Positions 7,193 through 17,160 of a stretch of 64,000 nucleotides of DNA are shown one piece after another. The translations under genes were made by a program, and so were the position numbers. Numbering within the stretch: position 1 is the first letter of the stretch; every line of letters starts with the position of its first letter. Source of the stretch: Acidobacteriaceae bacterium (lineage in GTDB: Bacteria > Acidobacteriota > Terriglobia > Terriglobales > Acidobacteriaceae); contig JBPCNO010000047.1 of assembly GCA_051001135.1 (NCBI GenBank), positions 972 through 64,971 of the forward strand, read 5' to 3'. The notes under the pieces are model-generated. The model searched no databases and was not told the DNA's origin. It was given only the letters and a program-made list of their open reading frames with translations.

Positions 7193-8644
7193 ATGAACGA
7201 GCCGACTGACAAGTTGCGAAGTGAACGAGTGGCTCCGGAGGTCCTCTACCCGGAGCTGAAACGGATCGCCGTATTTACGGAGCTGACACTCGAGAACCTG
7301 TCCTGTCTGGGTCCGCTCGAGGTTGTGCGGGCGGAGGCGGGAGCTGAGATCGTGGCCACGGCCGCGTCTCCCCAAGCCTTCTGGGCATTGCTGGAGGGAG
7401 AGGTCCGCGTCGTCCGCAAGGAAGCCGACGGGACCGTCGCGAAACTGGTGGTTTTCACCGATGGCGAGTCGTTTGGAGAGATGCCCATCCTCATGGGGAG
7501 CGATCCGGGCGCGACGGTGGAAGCCTTGCGTGATAGCCGCCTGGTGCGCTTTGACGAGGAGGCGTTCTGGCAATTGATGTTCTCCTGTCCTCGCGTGCGG
7601 AGCGCGGTGCTGGGCAACATGGCGCGGCGGCTGGAGGCGTATCAGGCATTCTCACTGCAGCGGGAGAAGCTTGCGTCCCTGGGTAGCATGGCCGCGGGGC
7701 TGATGCACGAATTGAATAATCCCGGAACCGCAGCGCTGCGGGCTGCGTCGCAAATGCGCGCAAACCTGCGGCGATTGCAGCAGCTCAATCTGCGGCTCTC
7801 ACGCCAGCCCATGAACGGCCCGCAGACGGCATGCATGGTCGATCTGCAGGAGAAGGCGCTGCGCGAGAATTGCTGCCGCACCCTCAGCACCCTGGAGCAG
7901 GCCGACCGGGAGGATGCGTTGGCCGCCTGGCTGGAGAAGGCCGGCGTAGCGAACGGATGGCGGCTGGCGCCGGTGCTGACGTCGATGGAGATCGACCAGG
8001 CGACGCTGAGCTGCGCCCGAGACGCGTTCACCGGGCCGCAGCTCTCCGACATGCTGAACTGGCTGGAGGCCCTCATCTCCAGCTCCCAACTGGTGGGCAC
8101 GATCGAGGAGAGTATCGCCCGGGTGACCGACCTGGTGATGGCGGTGAAGCGCTTCTCCTACGGAGGCAAAAGCGGGTGCCAGGCGCTGGACGTGCACGAG
8201 ACCCTGCGCAGCGCCATGGTCATTCTCATGCACAAGCTCAAGGGCAAAGGGATTCAGTTACGCAAGGAGTTCGGTTCGGAGCTGCCGCAGCTTGAGGATG
8301 CAGGGGCGGGCCTGAGCCAGGTGTGGATCAATCTGCTGGACAATGCCATTGACGCTTCGCCGGAGGGAGGCACCATAACGGTGCGCACCTGGGCAGACGA
8401 CCAGCATCTCTCGGTCGCGATTGCCGATCAGGGCCCCGGGATTGCACCCGCCGACCAGAAGCGCATCTTCGAACCCTTTTACACCACCAAGGCCGCGGGA
8501 GTGGGCACCGGCCTGGGGCTGGAGATTGCGCGCCGCATCGTGGTGACGCAGATGGAAGGCGAGATACGGCTGGAGAGCGCGCCAGGGGCGACGGAGTTTG
8601 TGGTTGAGCTACCGCTTCATCGGGTACGCGCGGCGACTTGCTAA
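7193..8644 (+). CDS. Soluble sensor histidine kinase with N-terminal cyclic-nucleotide-binding-like domain
   Basis: cNMP-like domain: FTDGESFGEMPILMGSDPGATVEALRDSRLVRF. H-box MHELNNPGTAALRA, N-box VWINLLDNAIDAS, G1 DQGPGI, G2 GVGTGLGLEIARRIV. I saw no hydrophobic TM segment. Confidence 0.85.
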   Translation: MNEPTDKLRSERVAPEVLYPELKRIAVFTELTLENLSCLGPLEVVRAEAGAEIVATAASPQAFWALLEGEVRVVRKEADGTVAKLVVFTDGESFGEMPILMGSDPGATVEALRDSRLVRFDEEAFWQLMFSCPRVRSAVLGNMARRLEAYQAFSLQREKLASLGSMAAGLMHELNNPGTAALRAASQMRANLRRLQQLNLRLSRQPMNGPQTACMVDLQEKALRENCCRTLSTLEQADREDALAAWLEKAGVANGWRLAPVLTSMEIDQATLSCARDAFTGPQLSDMLNWLEALISSSQLVGTIEESIARVTDLVMAVKRFSYGGKSGCQALDVHETLRSAMVILMHKLKGKGIQLRKEFGSELPQLEDAGAGLSQVWINLLDNAIDASPEGGTITVRTWADDQHLSVAIADQGPGIAPADQKRIFEPFYTTKAAGVGTGLGLEIARRIVVTQMEGEIRLESAPGATEFVVELPLHRVRAATC

Positions 8645-8761
8645 TGTAGTTCGCTTTCGCGCAGAGTGGTTACTTATGGAAGAGGCATCCTGGATCGGAG
8701 CGGGGCACCGCGTCCTGTGATCCGAGCGGATGGATCTCCAGTTCACGAGGCGCGAATCAGC

Positions 8762-9169
8762 ATGACAAGCTCAGGTGATGATGGCAACATGATCGACGAT
8801 CTGGCGCAGTTCGATCTGGTGCGTGAGATTGCGGATGCGGAGCAGACGAAGCCATGGGCGTCTGGAGTGCACTCCAGGACGCTGTTCAAGAAGCCGGACC
8901 TGCGCGTGGTGCTGATCGCCATGGAGAAGGCCGCGCGGATGAAGGAACATCACGCCGACGGCACGCTTTCCGTGCAGGTGTTGAAGGGGCAGGTACGGTT
9001 TGGCGTACAGGGACGCACCTACGACCTGCGCGCGGGGAACCTGCTGACGCTGAGCGCATCGATCAAGCATGATGTGGAGGCGCTCGAGAACTCCGCTTTC
9101 CTGTTGAGCATCTCCTGGCCCAGCAGCGAGGAGCTGCGGGCGATGAGGCATCGCGGATACGGCAGCTAG
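8762..9169 (+). CDS. Cupin domain protein
   Basis: ORF 8666-9169. MKEHHADGTLSVQVLKGQVRFGVQGRTYDLRAGNLLTLSASIKHDVEAL resembles a single cupin barrel. The start is uncertain (8666, 8762 or 8792). Confidence 0.6.
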   Translation: MTSSGDDGNMIDDLAQFDLVREIADAEQTKPWASGVHSRTLFKKPDLRVVLIAMEKAARMKEHHADGTLSVQVLKGQVRFGVQGRTYDLRAGNLLTLSASIKHDVEALENSAFLLSISWPSSEELRAMRHRGYGS

Positions 9170-9258
9170 AATACGGAACGTAGGATACGGCACGTAAAAG
9201 CGTGACCTAACGGCTCAACTCTGCGGCCATTCAGCCGATAAGGGGATTGCCGGGGTAA

Positions 9259-10176
9259 ATGCCCGGACAACCAGGCGTATGGAGCCCCTTCCTCGTGTTT
9301 GCGATCCTTGGCATGCTTGTGGTGATTGGCGCGGTGCTGGGTGGATACCTGATGGAGAAGGGTAATCTGCTGGTGCTGGTGCAGCCCGCTGAACTGTTGA
9401 TCATCGGCGGCGCGGCCCTGGGAACGCTGCTGATCGCCAATCCCGTCCATATTCTGAAGGCCATTGCGGCCGGCGTAGCTGGAGCGTTCAAGGCTTCCAG
9501 TTTTGCCGAACAGCGCTATCTCGATGCGCTGAAGATGATGTTCGCCGTGCTCACCAAGGCGCGCCGCGAGGGCAATCTCGCGATCGAGGCGGACATCGAG
9601 AGTCCGGCCGAGAGCAAGCTTTTTGCCGACTACCCTGCATTCCTCCAAAACCATCACGTGCGCGACTTCGTGTGCGACACCCTGCGGATGATGGTGACCG
9701 GGGGCGTGGAAGCCTTCGACATCGACCAGATGATGGAGCTCGATATGGAGGTGCAGCACCATGATTCGAGCGAGCCGATCGCGGCGCTCGCCACGGTAGC
9801 CGACGCGCTGCCGGGGCTGGGAATCGTGGCTGCGGTGCTGGGCGTGGTGATCACCATGGGAGCGTTGGGCGGCCCTCCGGAGGAGATTGGGCATAAGGTG
9901 GCGGCGGCGTTGGTGGGAACCTTTTTGGGGATTCTTCTGTGCTACGGACTGGTTGGCCCCATGGCCGCAAAGATGACCAAGGCCGCGGAGGAGGAGCGAT
10001 GCTTCCTTCACGTGCTGCGGGTGCTGATTATTGCGTCGATGAAGGGAAGCGCCCCGGCGACGGCGGTGGAGATGGCGCGCCGCGCCGTGCCGCTCCATGT
10101 ACGGCCCAGCTTCCAGAAAGTGGAGACGGCATGCAAGACCGGCGGCGTCAGCCCGGCAGCATCAGCGGCCGCGTAG
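9259..10176 (+). CDS. motA: Flagellar-type stator protein MotA (proton channel)
   Basis: 305 aa, collinear with E. coli MotA as I recall it. GGYLMEKGNLLVLVQPAELLIIGG compares with GGYLMTGGSLGALYQPAELVIIAG, and ALPGLGIVAAVLGVV...AALVGTFLGILLCYG with SLPAFGIVAAVMGVV...HAMVGTFLGILLAYG. Confidence 0.85.
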   Translation: MPGQPGVWSPFLVFAILGMLVVIGAVLGGYLMEKGNLLVLVQPAELLIIGGAALGTLLIANPVHILKAIAAGVAGAFKASSFAEQRYLDALKMMFAVLTKARREGNLAIEADIESPAESKLFADYPAFLQNHHVRDFVCDTLRMMVTGGVEAFDIDQMMELDMEVQHHDSSEPIAALATVADALPGLGIVAAVLGVVITMGALGGPPEEIGHKVAAALVGTFLGILLCYGLVGPMAAKMTKAAEEERCFLHVLRVLIIASMKGSAPATAVEMARRAVPLHVRPSFQKVETACKTGGVSPAASAAA

Positions 10177-11045
10177 TGGGCGAGCAAGCCAAGGCAGCAG
10201 CCAAGGAGAAGGCAGCGGCTAAGGTGGCGCCGCCCCGGCCCATCATCGTAATTCGCAGGAAGAGCAGGCATGGCGCTCCTCACGGCGGTGCGTGGAAGGT
10301 GGCCTATGCGGATTTCGTAACAGCGATGATGGCATTATTCATCGTGCTGTGGCTGATGAATACCAGCGATCATGTGAAGCGTGCGGTTGCCGGCTACTTC
10401 AACGATCCACGCGGGCGCGCGGAGCAGCCGGGCACTGGACGCCAGGGCACGGCGGATATGCTGCCGCTGACCAAGCAGAACTTGGCGCAACTGAAACAGG
10501 CGCTGGAGAAGGAGATCGCGCAGCAGCCGAAGCTCGCGGCCCTGAAGAAGCAGATCGAGATCACGATCACGCCGGAGGGTCTGCGGATCGAACTGCTGGA
10601 ATCGAAGGACGGAACTTTCTTCGAGACCGGAAGCGCGGTGTTGAATGGCAATGGCCGCCAGATGCTGACGCTGCTCGCACGGGAGCTCGGGGGCGTGCCC
10701 AATCGCGTTTCGATCGAGGGACACACCGACTCCCGCGCGTACGCGGAAGAGGCGACGTATGGGAACTGGGAGCTGTCTTCGGACCGCGCAAATGCAGCGC
10801 GCCGGTTGATGGAACACAGTGGCCTGCACCCCGCGCAGATCTCCCAGGTACGGGGCTTTGCCGACCGGGAGCTACGCGTGAAGGCGGCTCCGCTCGATCC
10901 TTCCAATCGCAGGATTTCGGTGATCGTGCATTATCTCGAACCGCCGGATCTGGTCATACAGGCTCCTGCGGTCGCTGCGCCAGCGTCCGCGGTGGCAGCG
11001 GGGAAGCCGGTTGCGAAGGAATCGGCGGCGGGAGCGAAGACGTGA
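10176..11045 (+). CDS. motB: Flagellar-type stator protein MotB (OmpA-like peptidoglycan-binding C-terminus)
   Basis: ORF 9939-11045. PIIVIRRKSRHGAPHGGAWKVAYADFVTAMMALFIVLWL matches the MotB plug/TM region, including the essential Asp. OmpA-like segment IEGHTDSRAY...NWELSSDRANAARRLM. A GTG at 10176 overlaps the motA TAG (TAGTG); ATG 10131 is an alternative start. Confidence 0.8.
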   Translation: MGEQAKAAAKEKAAAKVAPPRPIIVIRRKSRHGAPHGGAWKVAYADFVTAMMALFIVLWLMNTSDHVKRAVAGYFNDPRGRAEQPGTGRQGTADMLPLTKQNLAQLKQALEKEIAQQPKLAALKKQIEITITPEGLRIELLESKDGTFFETGSAVLNGNGRQMLTLLARELGGVPNRVSIEGHTDSRAYAEEATYGNWELSSDRANAARRLMEHSGLHPAQISQVRGFADRELRVKAAPLDPSNRRISVIVHYLEPPDLVIQAPAVAAPASAVAAGKPVAKESAAGAKT

Positions 11046-11080
11046 GCTGGGCGGGTGAGGAGGTGAGAGGCGAAATTGGT

Positions 11081-11097
11081 CTGCGCTTTTCGCGCAG
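11081..11097 (+). terminator. Hairpin downstream of motB (weak terminator candidate, no U-tract)
   Basis: CTGCGC (11081-86), loop TTTTC, GCGCAG (11092-97). A second 8-bp stem follows: CTTTGCGC (11131-38) / GCGCAAAG (11171-78). Confidence 0.3.
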
Positions 11098-11211
11098 AAT
11101 CCCACCCCTTCGGCAAGCTCAGGGCAGGCTCTTTGCGCTCCGGCCTGATCGGCCATTCGACAATTGCGCCGCGCAAAGAAGGGGGCACCCCGCACTCTAT
11201 CAGGGAAGCCG

Positions 11212-13251
11212 TCAGCGCCGGGTGAGATCCAGAGACTCGAGTACCGCAGGCTGATTCGTATTGTTAGTAACCATGAGGTTCACGTGCGTGGGCGCTTCGG
11301 CGCGGAGGCAGGTGTCACAGCCGGCGGGCGTGGGCAAAGGCGGCGAGACGTGAACGCTTGCGGCGCCGGAGCCGTGGGCAGCAAGCGTCCACACACCGGC
11401 ATTCACCGGGATCCGGGCAAAGCTGGCTAAGCCATGGGGTGGCAGCACCAAGTGCGCGCGGCCCTGGACCAGTTTGACTGAATTGGCCCCGTCCATCGTC
11501 GCGAGATAAGCAGGAATCGTCTCGCGATCAGCCGTCTGCTGAATGCCAAGCGGGCCGTCGATGCGGCGAAGGTAGACGATGCTGCGGATGGCATCCGGCG
11601 GATCGGTATCGAAGCGGACGGCCTGATAGTTGGCCTTGAAACGCGGATCCGCGGCGATCTCCACGTCGGACGGGAAGTAGATGTCGCTCTGAAAATCGCT
11701 GAAGAGAAAGATGTCCGGCCGCTGGTCCAGTACGTACTTACCGGCAGCGAGTTCGTGGCCGAGCCAGCCGTGGCCACGGTCGGCGGACTTGTGATGAGCG
11801 ATGTAGTAGTCGTTCAGACCGAGCGGATCAACCACCGGAAGATCAGCATAGAAGGGCACAACGCCGGCCGCATCCGACACCAGCAGGGGGTGCTTATCCG
11901 CAAAGGCCCGGTGTAGAAAGAGGCCGATGGACTTGCCCTGAGCCTCCCAGGTCTCTGGCGTACAGAAGTGATCGGAGACGACGACCAGGGCGGTCAGCGC
12001 CAGGAAGAACGCCAGCCGTGGCCGGGAGAAGCGAAAGGGCGCTCCAAGCGTGAGCAGTCCGCAGCCTGCGACCAGAAACGCGACGATGGCCAGAGCGGGA
12101 ACGAAGTGGCGGACTGAGGGGAAGATGTCGCCGCCGATAACCACAATGTAGGCGAGCCAGATGACCGTGATGGTCACCAGAAACTTGATCTGCCGCTGCT
12201 TGCCCGCCTTCCAGAGAGCAAGAATGCCGATGGCGGCGAGCAGGAAGAAGACGATTTCAGTCTGGACGCCAACAAAGTCATACTTCAGGCCGGTGCGGAG
12301 GCGGTGCAGGGTGAACGCGACCTTGACGTACGCGGTATTAGGCAGCCAGTCGTGGTAGTAGAGGCGCCTGAAGAGCAGCTGGCCGAGGAAGAAGGCGACA
12401 GGTATGGGCAGCAGGCGCGCACGGGAGATGAAGCTGCGCACGCGCACGCCATCCGCGACCGCTGCGCCGCAATAGAAGGCCGCGGTAAACAGCGCCGCAT
12501 CGGCGCGGGTGATCACCGCGAAGCCGAGCAGAAGGCCCATCGCCAGCGTGTCGCGGCTCGCCGGCCGGGTAGTGGAGACCCAGCGCAGGCCGAAGTAGGC
12601 CGCCCAGGCGATGAAGGCGGCGAGCATGGGCTGCTCCAGCCCCCCGAGCGCCCACACGTCCACCGGTCCCGAGAGCACCAGAGCGCCGCAGCCGATGAGG
12701 GCAGAGACGAAGCGGATCTTGGCGGGATAGTCGCGGAAGACCTGCGCTGCGACCGCAGCGATCCCCAGAGCGGTGCAAGTGATGCCCAGCAGGTGCGCGG
12801 CAAAGGGCAGGCTGAGGCCGAGCCCCCCCAGCGCGGCGCACGCCAGTACCCAGAGCAGGTTGGTGTAGCCCTCGACCGGACGCAGATGGTTCCAGGTAAG
12901 ACCGTGACCCTGCAGCAGACGCTCGCTGTAGCGCAACGAGATGAAGGCATCGTCGGTGATGAAGGGCGAAAAGTGCCGTAGCTGCAGGTAAAAGAGCACG
13001 CCGAGGATAGCGGCCAGAGCCGCCAGCCACGGGGCCGACGATTGCAGAGACGGTTTCGAGGCAGATGGCTTCGAGCCCGATGCCTTCGTAACAGACGAGG
13101 CGGGGCGCGGCGGACGGGAGCTGGCGCTGGAGGAGGTAGGAGCGTTGCTCCGATGTGTCGGCATGTATGTGTCTGGGCTTTCGGAGGTGCAGCCACAGTT
13201 TACCAAGTGCGCGAAGATGCTGCGCCGCGAAGCCGGGTCATAGGCCGCCAT
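11212..13251 (-). CDS. Polytopic membrane protein, putative GT-C-fold glycosyltransferase (ArnT/PMT-like)
   Basis: 679 aa. Ser/Pro-rich N-terminus, then at least 10 hydrophobic segments. An acidic loop after TM1 (FITDDAFISLRYSERLLQGHGLTWN..VEGYTNLLW) resembles the DD/DE loop of GT-C enzymes. A soluble C-terminal domain of about 200 aa follows. Family assignment is tentative. Confidence 0.55.
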   Translation of the reverse strand: MAAYDPASRRSIFAHLVNCGCTSESPDTYMPTHRSNAPTSSSASSRPPRPASSVTKASGSKPSASKPSLQSSAPWLAALAAILGVLFYLQLRHFSPFITDDAFISLRYSERLLQGHGLTWNHLRPVEGYTNLLWVLACAALGGLGLSLPFAAHLLGITCTALGIAAVAAQVFRDYPAKIRFVSALIGCGALVLSGPVDVWALGGLEQPMLAAFIAWAAYFGLRWVSTTRPASRDTLAMGLLLGFAVITRADAALFTAAFYCGAAVADGVRVRSFISRARLLPIPVAFFLGQLLFRRLYYHDWLPNTAYVKVAFTLHRLRTGLKYDFVGVQTEIVFFLLAAIGILALWKAGKQRQIKFLVTITVIWLAYIVVIGGDIFPSVRHFVPALAIVAFLVAGCGLLTLGAPFRFSRPRLAFFLALTALVVVSDHFCTPETWEAQGKSIGLFLHRAFADKHPLLVSDAAGVVPFYADLPVVDPLGLNDYYIAHHKSADRGHGWLGHELAAGKYVLDQRPDIFLFSDFQSDIYFPSDVEIAADPRFKANYQAVRFDTDPPDAIRSIVYLRRIDGPLGIQQTADRETIPAYLATMDGANSVKLVQGRAHLVLPPHGLASFARIPVNAGVWTLAAHGSGAASVHVSPPLPTPAGCDTCLRAEAPTHVNLMVTNNTNQPAVLESLDLTRR

Positions 13252-13549
13252 GTCTTTTCTTCGTTGTCAAGCGTAAGAATATCCGGCCCAAGGGGCTCTC
13301 GAGGATCACCATGACCGGTTGCCCGGTTCCCCACTCCATAGGTCAAGCTTCTCCTTTTGCAGTGAAATATAGACCTGCTGGACTGCTCTGCTATCGTGCT
13401 CCCATGTTGTCACTCCTCCTCGCGCTAACGATGCAGCAGCAACAGCAAGTAAGCATTTGTTCAGTGTTGAGGATGCGCAGGCGGCCGTCTCCAGGCAGTT
13501 GAAACTGCTGCAATTCGGCGCGGAGGGCGCGCCGGGTAGCCAGTAGCCT

Positions 13550-14314
13550 TTACGGAAGAATGGCGAGGAAGGCAGCGCATCGCGCCAGCACCAGCTCGGG
13601 CCGTTCGCGGTGCGGCGTATGGCCGCAGTCCGGAATCACAACCACCTCGCTCTGAGGCAGCAGATCTTTGAGCTTCTCGGTCTGCAGCGTGCTGACAAAC
13701 TCATCGTTCTCGCCCAAAAAAGCGAGCAGCGGACAGGTGATGCTGCCGAGCCGCCCGGTCAGGTTACGCGTATCGTCGGGCATGGTGTCGCGCATGTTGA
13801 TCCAGGCGGCGAAGACTGCGTCTGGGTCGAGATGATGCCGGGAGAGCCGCTCACGGAAGTCAGTCGTGCTCCACGCGACCAGCGCCTTCTCCATGCCCCC
13901 GACGTTGCTAGGCTCATGCGTGACGAAGGGCGCTTCCAGCATCAACCCGCGCACACTCCGCGGATGGGCCGCCGCATACAGCATCGCCAGCACGGTGCCT
14001 TCGCTATGCGCGAAAAACGCGGGCCGCTCGACCTGAAAGTATTGGAGGATGGCCGGAAGGACGATCTCCACTTCGCTGGTGTAGTACTCGGCAGTGCGGT
14101 CGGCTGGAGGGCCTTCGGAGTTGCCGTGGCCGGCGCGCGAGTAGAGCAGGAGGTCCCAGCCGCTGCGGGAGCCGAGTTCCGCGGGGAAGTCGCGCCAGTG
14201 CGAGACGGAGCCAAGCGCCTCGTGCAGAAAGACGATGGTCCCGCTGCTGAAAGCGGTGCTCGGGGGCTGTCGATAGAGCACCGCCTCGAGCGCCTTGCCG
14301 CCAGCGCGAATCAT
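13550..14314 (-). CDS. Alpha/beta-fold hydrolase
   Basis: ORF 13550-14461. Start moved to ATG 14314 (MIRAGGK...) to avoid a 52-nt overlap with fadD. HEALGSVSHW oxyanion-type region, nucleophile elbow FFAHSEGT, C-terminal CGHTPHRERP. Confidence 0.75.
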   Translation of the reverse strand: MIRAGGKALEAVLYRQPPSTAFSSGTIVFLHEALGSVSHWRDFPAELGSRSGWDLLLYSRAGHGNSEGPPADRTAEYYTSEVEIVLPAILQYFQVERPAFFAHSEGTVLAMLYAAAHPRSVRGLMLEAPFVTHEPSNVGGMEKALVAWSTTDFRERLSRHHLDPDAVFAAWINMRDTMPDDTRNLTGRLGSITCPLLAFLGENDEFVSTLQTEKLKDLLPQSEVVVIPDCGHTPHRERPELVLARCAAFLAILP

Positions 14315-14409
14315 CGCAGGCTCTGGTTGTGCCGAGCCCCCGACGCTAGCTGCTTCTGCGATGCGGCCTGGACCTTTCTCTCTCGGTGTAAGCAAAACGC
14401 GAAGAGGAT

Positions 14410-16119
14410 CTAATCCTGGCGGCCCTGCGGCCAAACGATCGAGGATGCCTGCTGCTCCCAATCTTCGACGAAGCGAGCGTAGCGTGCTTCGACCGCGGCG
14501 CGCTTGATCTTGAGCGTCGGCGTCACCAGCGCGCTCGCCATGTTCCAGGGTCCTTTCACCAGCGCCAGGAAGGCGAGGCGCTCATGCGGATCGAGGGTAG
14601 CGTTCGCCTGCATCAAGCTCTCTGCGAGCGTCTGCTCGATAGCCCTGCGCTGGGCCGGGTCCGCGGCGAGCTTTTCGTAGTCAGGGGCCAGCACCGCGAC
14701 GGCGAACGGATGCACGCGGCCGCTCCCCATCACGCAGGAAGCCTCGATCGCCGGGTGGGCGCTGAGCAGCTTCTCGATCGGCACGGGCGCGACGTACTTG
14801 CCCTTGCTGGTCTTGAATGACTCTTTGAGGCGGCCAATGATCTTGAGTTGGCCGTCGGCGTTCATCTCTCCCAGGTCGCCGGTGCGGAAGAAGCCGTCAT
14901 CCGTAAAGCACGCGGCGGTGCCCAGCGGATCCTTGAGGTAGCCGATCATGTTCATCTCGCTACGCATCAGCACCTCGCCATCGGAGCCGATTCTGACTTC
15001 GACACTCTGCAAGGCCGGGCCGACATAGCCAAGCTGAAATGAGCCGGGAGGCGGAGCGTGGGTGATGCCGGTCTCCGTCAGGCCGTAGCCTTCTATTAGA
15101 TCGAGGCCCAGCTTGCGATACCAGGTGAGGATCTCCGTCGCCAGCGGCGCGGCGCCCGAGGCGGCGAAGCGAACCTTGTCGAGCCCGAGCTCTCGAAGGA
15201 TCTTCTTCTGCACGATGCGCTTGACCACCGGGATGCGCAGGAGCCGATTGAGCTTTTGCTGCGGCACCTTCGCGAGCACACCCTGACGAAAGCGCATGTA
15301 GAGCCGGGGCACGGAAAAGAAGAGCGTGGGACGCGCGCGCTGCAGGTCGGCGACGAAGGTCTCGAGCGAGTCGCCGAAGAAGACCTGAAAGCCGACGTGG
15401 AGCCCGAGCGCTTCCACGATGCCACGTTCCGCTATATGTGCCAGTGGAAGATACGAAAAGATGCGTTCTTCGCTGGTGAAGCCGCCGAGCTGCGCGATGT
15501 CCCGGCCCATGTGGGCAAAGGTGCGAAAGGGATGCATCACTCCCTTGGGCGTGCCGGTGGTGCCGGAGGTATAGATGATGGTGGCCAGGTCTTCCGCGGA
15601 CCGGATGGGATTGCTCTTGAGCGGCGGGTGCTGAGCAACGATGTCGCTCCAGTTGAGATCCGCCCCGGCGGCCGTTGGATCTTCCGCCGCGGGCGCAGTG
15701 GGGAAGCGGATGCACTGGATCCCTGGAGGAATGCCGCCGCGCATGGCCTCGCGGTCATCGACGGCTCCGATGAAGAGGGCCTTTGGCTCGCAATGGTTCA
15801 GCAGCTCGCGGACGGAAGCGGAGAGCAGCGATGGATAAATGGGAACGGTGACGAAGCCGGCCATCCAGACGGCCATCTCGGCCATGATCCACCAGGCACA
15901 GTTACGGGAGAGGATGACGATGCGCGAGCCCGGCTCCCAATCCTGCTGCTGCAGGTAAGCGGCCATGCGGCGCGATTCGTTGACCGCCTGGGCCCACGTC
16001 CACTCGTGCAACTGGCCACCGGTATGGGGCTGCGTCAGGAATGGCTTGTCCCCGCGCTCTTTCTCCCAGTGGTAGATGCGTTGAAGCGGTAGATCTCCGT
16101 CAGAAAGCGTGTCGCTCAT
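14410..16119 (-). CDS. Long-chain-fatty-acid--CoA ligase (AMP-dependent synthetase/ligase)
   Basis: 569 aa. AMP-binding motif IIYTSGTTGTPKGVMH, plus EGYGLTETG, FRTGDLG and GKYVAP. Confidence 0.85.
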   Translation of the reverse strand: MSDTLSDGDLPLQRIYHWEKERGDKPFLTQPHTGGQLHEWTWAQAVNESRRMAAYLQQQDWEPGSRIVILSRNCAWWIMAEMAVWMAGFVTVPIYPSLLSASVRELLNHCEPKALFIGAVDDREAMRGGIPPGIQCIRFPTAPAAEDPTAAGADLNWSDIVAQHPPLKSNPIRSAEDLATIIYTSGTTGTPKGVMHPFRTFAHMGRDIAQLGGFTSEERIFSYLPLAHIAERGIVEALGLHVGFQVFFGDSLETFVADLQRARPTLFFSVPRLYMRFRQGVLAKVPQQKLNRLLRIPVVKRIVQKKILRELGLDKVRFAASGAAPLATEILTWYRKLGLDLIEGYGLTETGITHAPPPGSFQLGYVGPALQSVEVRIGSDGEVLMRSEMNMIGYLKDPLGTAACFTDDGFFRTGDLGEMNADGQLKIIGRLKESFKTSKGKYVAPVPIEKLLSAHPAIEASCVMGSGRVHPFAVAVLAPDYEKLAADPAQRRAIEQTLAESLMQANATLDPHERLAFLALVKGPWNMASALVTPTLKIKRAAVEARYARFVEDWEQQASSIVWPQGRQD

Positions 16120-16176
16120 AGATACGGCTTCTCTGGTGCGTCTTGCGCGCGCACCTCTCGTACCAAGGGAATTGGT

Positions 16177-17160
16177 CTAACTTTGCTTCGCCTTCTGCAC
16201 GGCCGCCGAGAGTGCGGGCACGATCTCAAACAGATCGCCGACGATGCCGTAGTCAGCCACCTCAAAGATAGGCGCGTTCTCGTCCTTGTTGATGGCGACG
16301 ATAGTCTTCGAACCCTTCATGCCAACCAGGTGCTGGATGGCGCCGGAGATGCCGACCGCAACATAGAGTTTAGGCGAGACCGTCTGCCCGGAGCTGCCGA
16401 CCTGCCGCTCCATCGGCAACCAGCCGTTGTCGCAGATGGGCCGCGAGGCGGCAATCTCCGCACCCAGCGCCTGGGCCAGCTCCTCGATCATGGGCAGGTT
16501 ATCCTGCTCCTTGATCCCGCGGCCCACGGAGACGATGATGGGAGCGGAGCTGAGGTCGACCGTCTGCGCGGATTCACGGAAGGGCTCGCTGGGTTTGGTG
16601 CGGATGGCGGATGCATCGAGCTGCGGTGCAAAGGTTTCGATCTCCGTCGACCCGGCTTCGAGCATATCGGCGCGGAACGCCCCCGCCTGCACGGAGATGA
16701 AGCGCGGCCCCGGGCCCAGATGACGGTAGTCCGCGTTGAGCTTGCCTTGCAGGAGTTGCCGCACGAAAACCGGCGTCTCGCCATCCGTGGACAGACCGAT
16801 CACGTCGGCGACCAGCACCTCGTCAAAACGCGTGGCCAGCCGCGGCCCGAAGTCGCGGACCTGATAGGTGTGCGGGAAGACAACGAAAGACGGTTCGATT
16901 TTGCGGATGAGCTGCTCCAAAGCCAGAACGTAACCGTCTGAGGTGTAATTGCGCAGCAGCTCGTGCTGCACAAGATAACCCCTGGAGGCCTTCTTCGCAG
17001 CCATCTCCGGCTGCAGAGTGCCAAGGTCCGCGCCGAGCGCGGCGGTCATCAACGGTTCACCGCTGCCGGCAGCCAGCGCCTGACCGGCGGCGAGCGCTTC
17101 CCAAGAGGTGCGGCTCCAGTTGCCGCCACGATGTTCAAAGACTACAAGGACGCCACTCAT
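16177..17160 (-). CDS. etfA: Electron transfer flavoprotein alpha subunit
   Basis: Real start is ATG 17158-17160 ([13 protein letters not shown]...) inside ORF 16177-17670. C-terminal FAD motif [37 protein letters not shown]. The start overlaps the etfB stop by 4 nt. Confidence 0.9.
   Translation of the reverse strand: MSGVLVVFEHRGGNWSRTSWEALAAGQALAAGSGEPLMTAALGADLGTLQPEMAAKKASRGYLVQHELLRNYTSDGYVLALEQLIRKIEPSFVVFPHTYQVRDFGPRLATRFDEVLVADVIGLSTDGETPVFVRQLLQGKLNADYRHLGPGPRFISVQAGAFRADMLEAGSTEIETFAPQLDASAIRTKPSEPFRESAQTVDLSSAPIIVSVGRGIKEQDNLPMIEELAQALGAEIAASRPICDNGWLPMERQVGSSGQTVSPKLYVAVGISGAIQHLVGMKGSKTIVAINKDENAPIFEVADYGIVGDLFEIVPALSAAVQKAKQS

Noticed and set aside
9259-11045. MotA/MotB homologs as a Zorya-type (ZorAB) anti-phage system or other non-flagellar motor
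   Set aside because: MotA is 305 aa and collinear with E. coli MotA, with no long C-terminal tail as in ZorA. No ZorC/D/E-like genes follow: the next gene is a convergent GT-C membrane protein. It is kept only as a context observation.
13252-13549. Small ORF MLSLLLALTMQQQQQVSICSVLRMRRRPSPGS (13404-13502) as a leader peptide or small protein
   Set aside because: It has no Shine-Dalgarno, a low-complexity Gln run, and no supporting context. I treat it as non-coding spacer.
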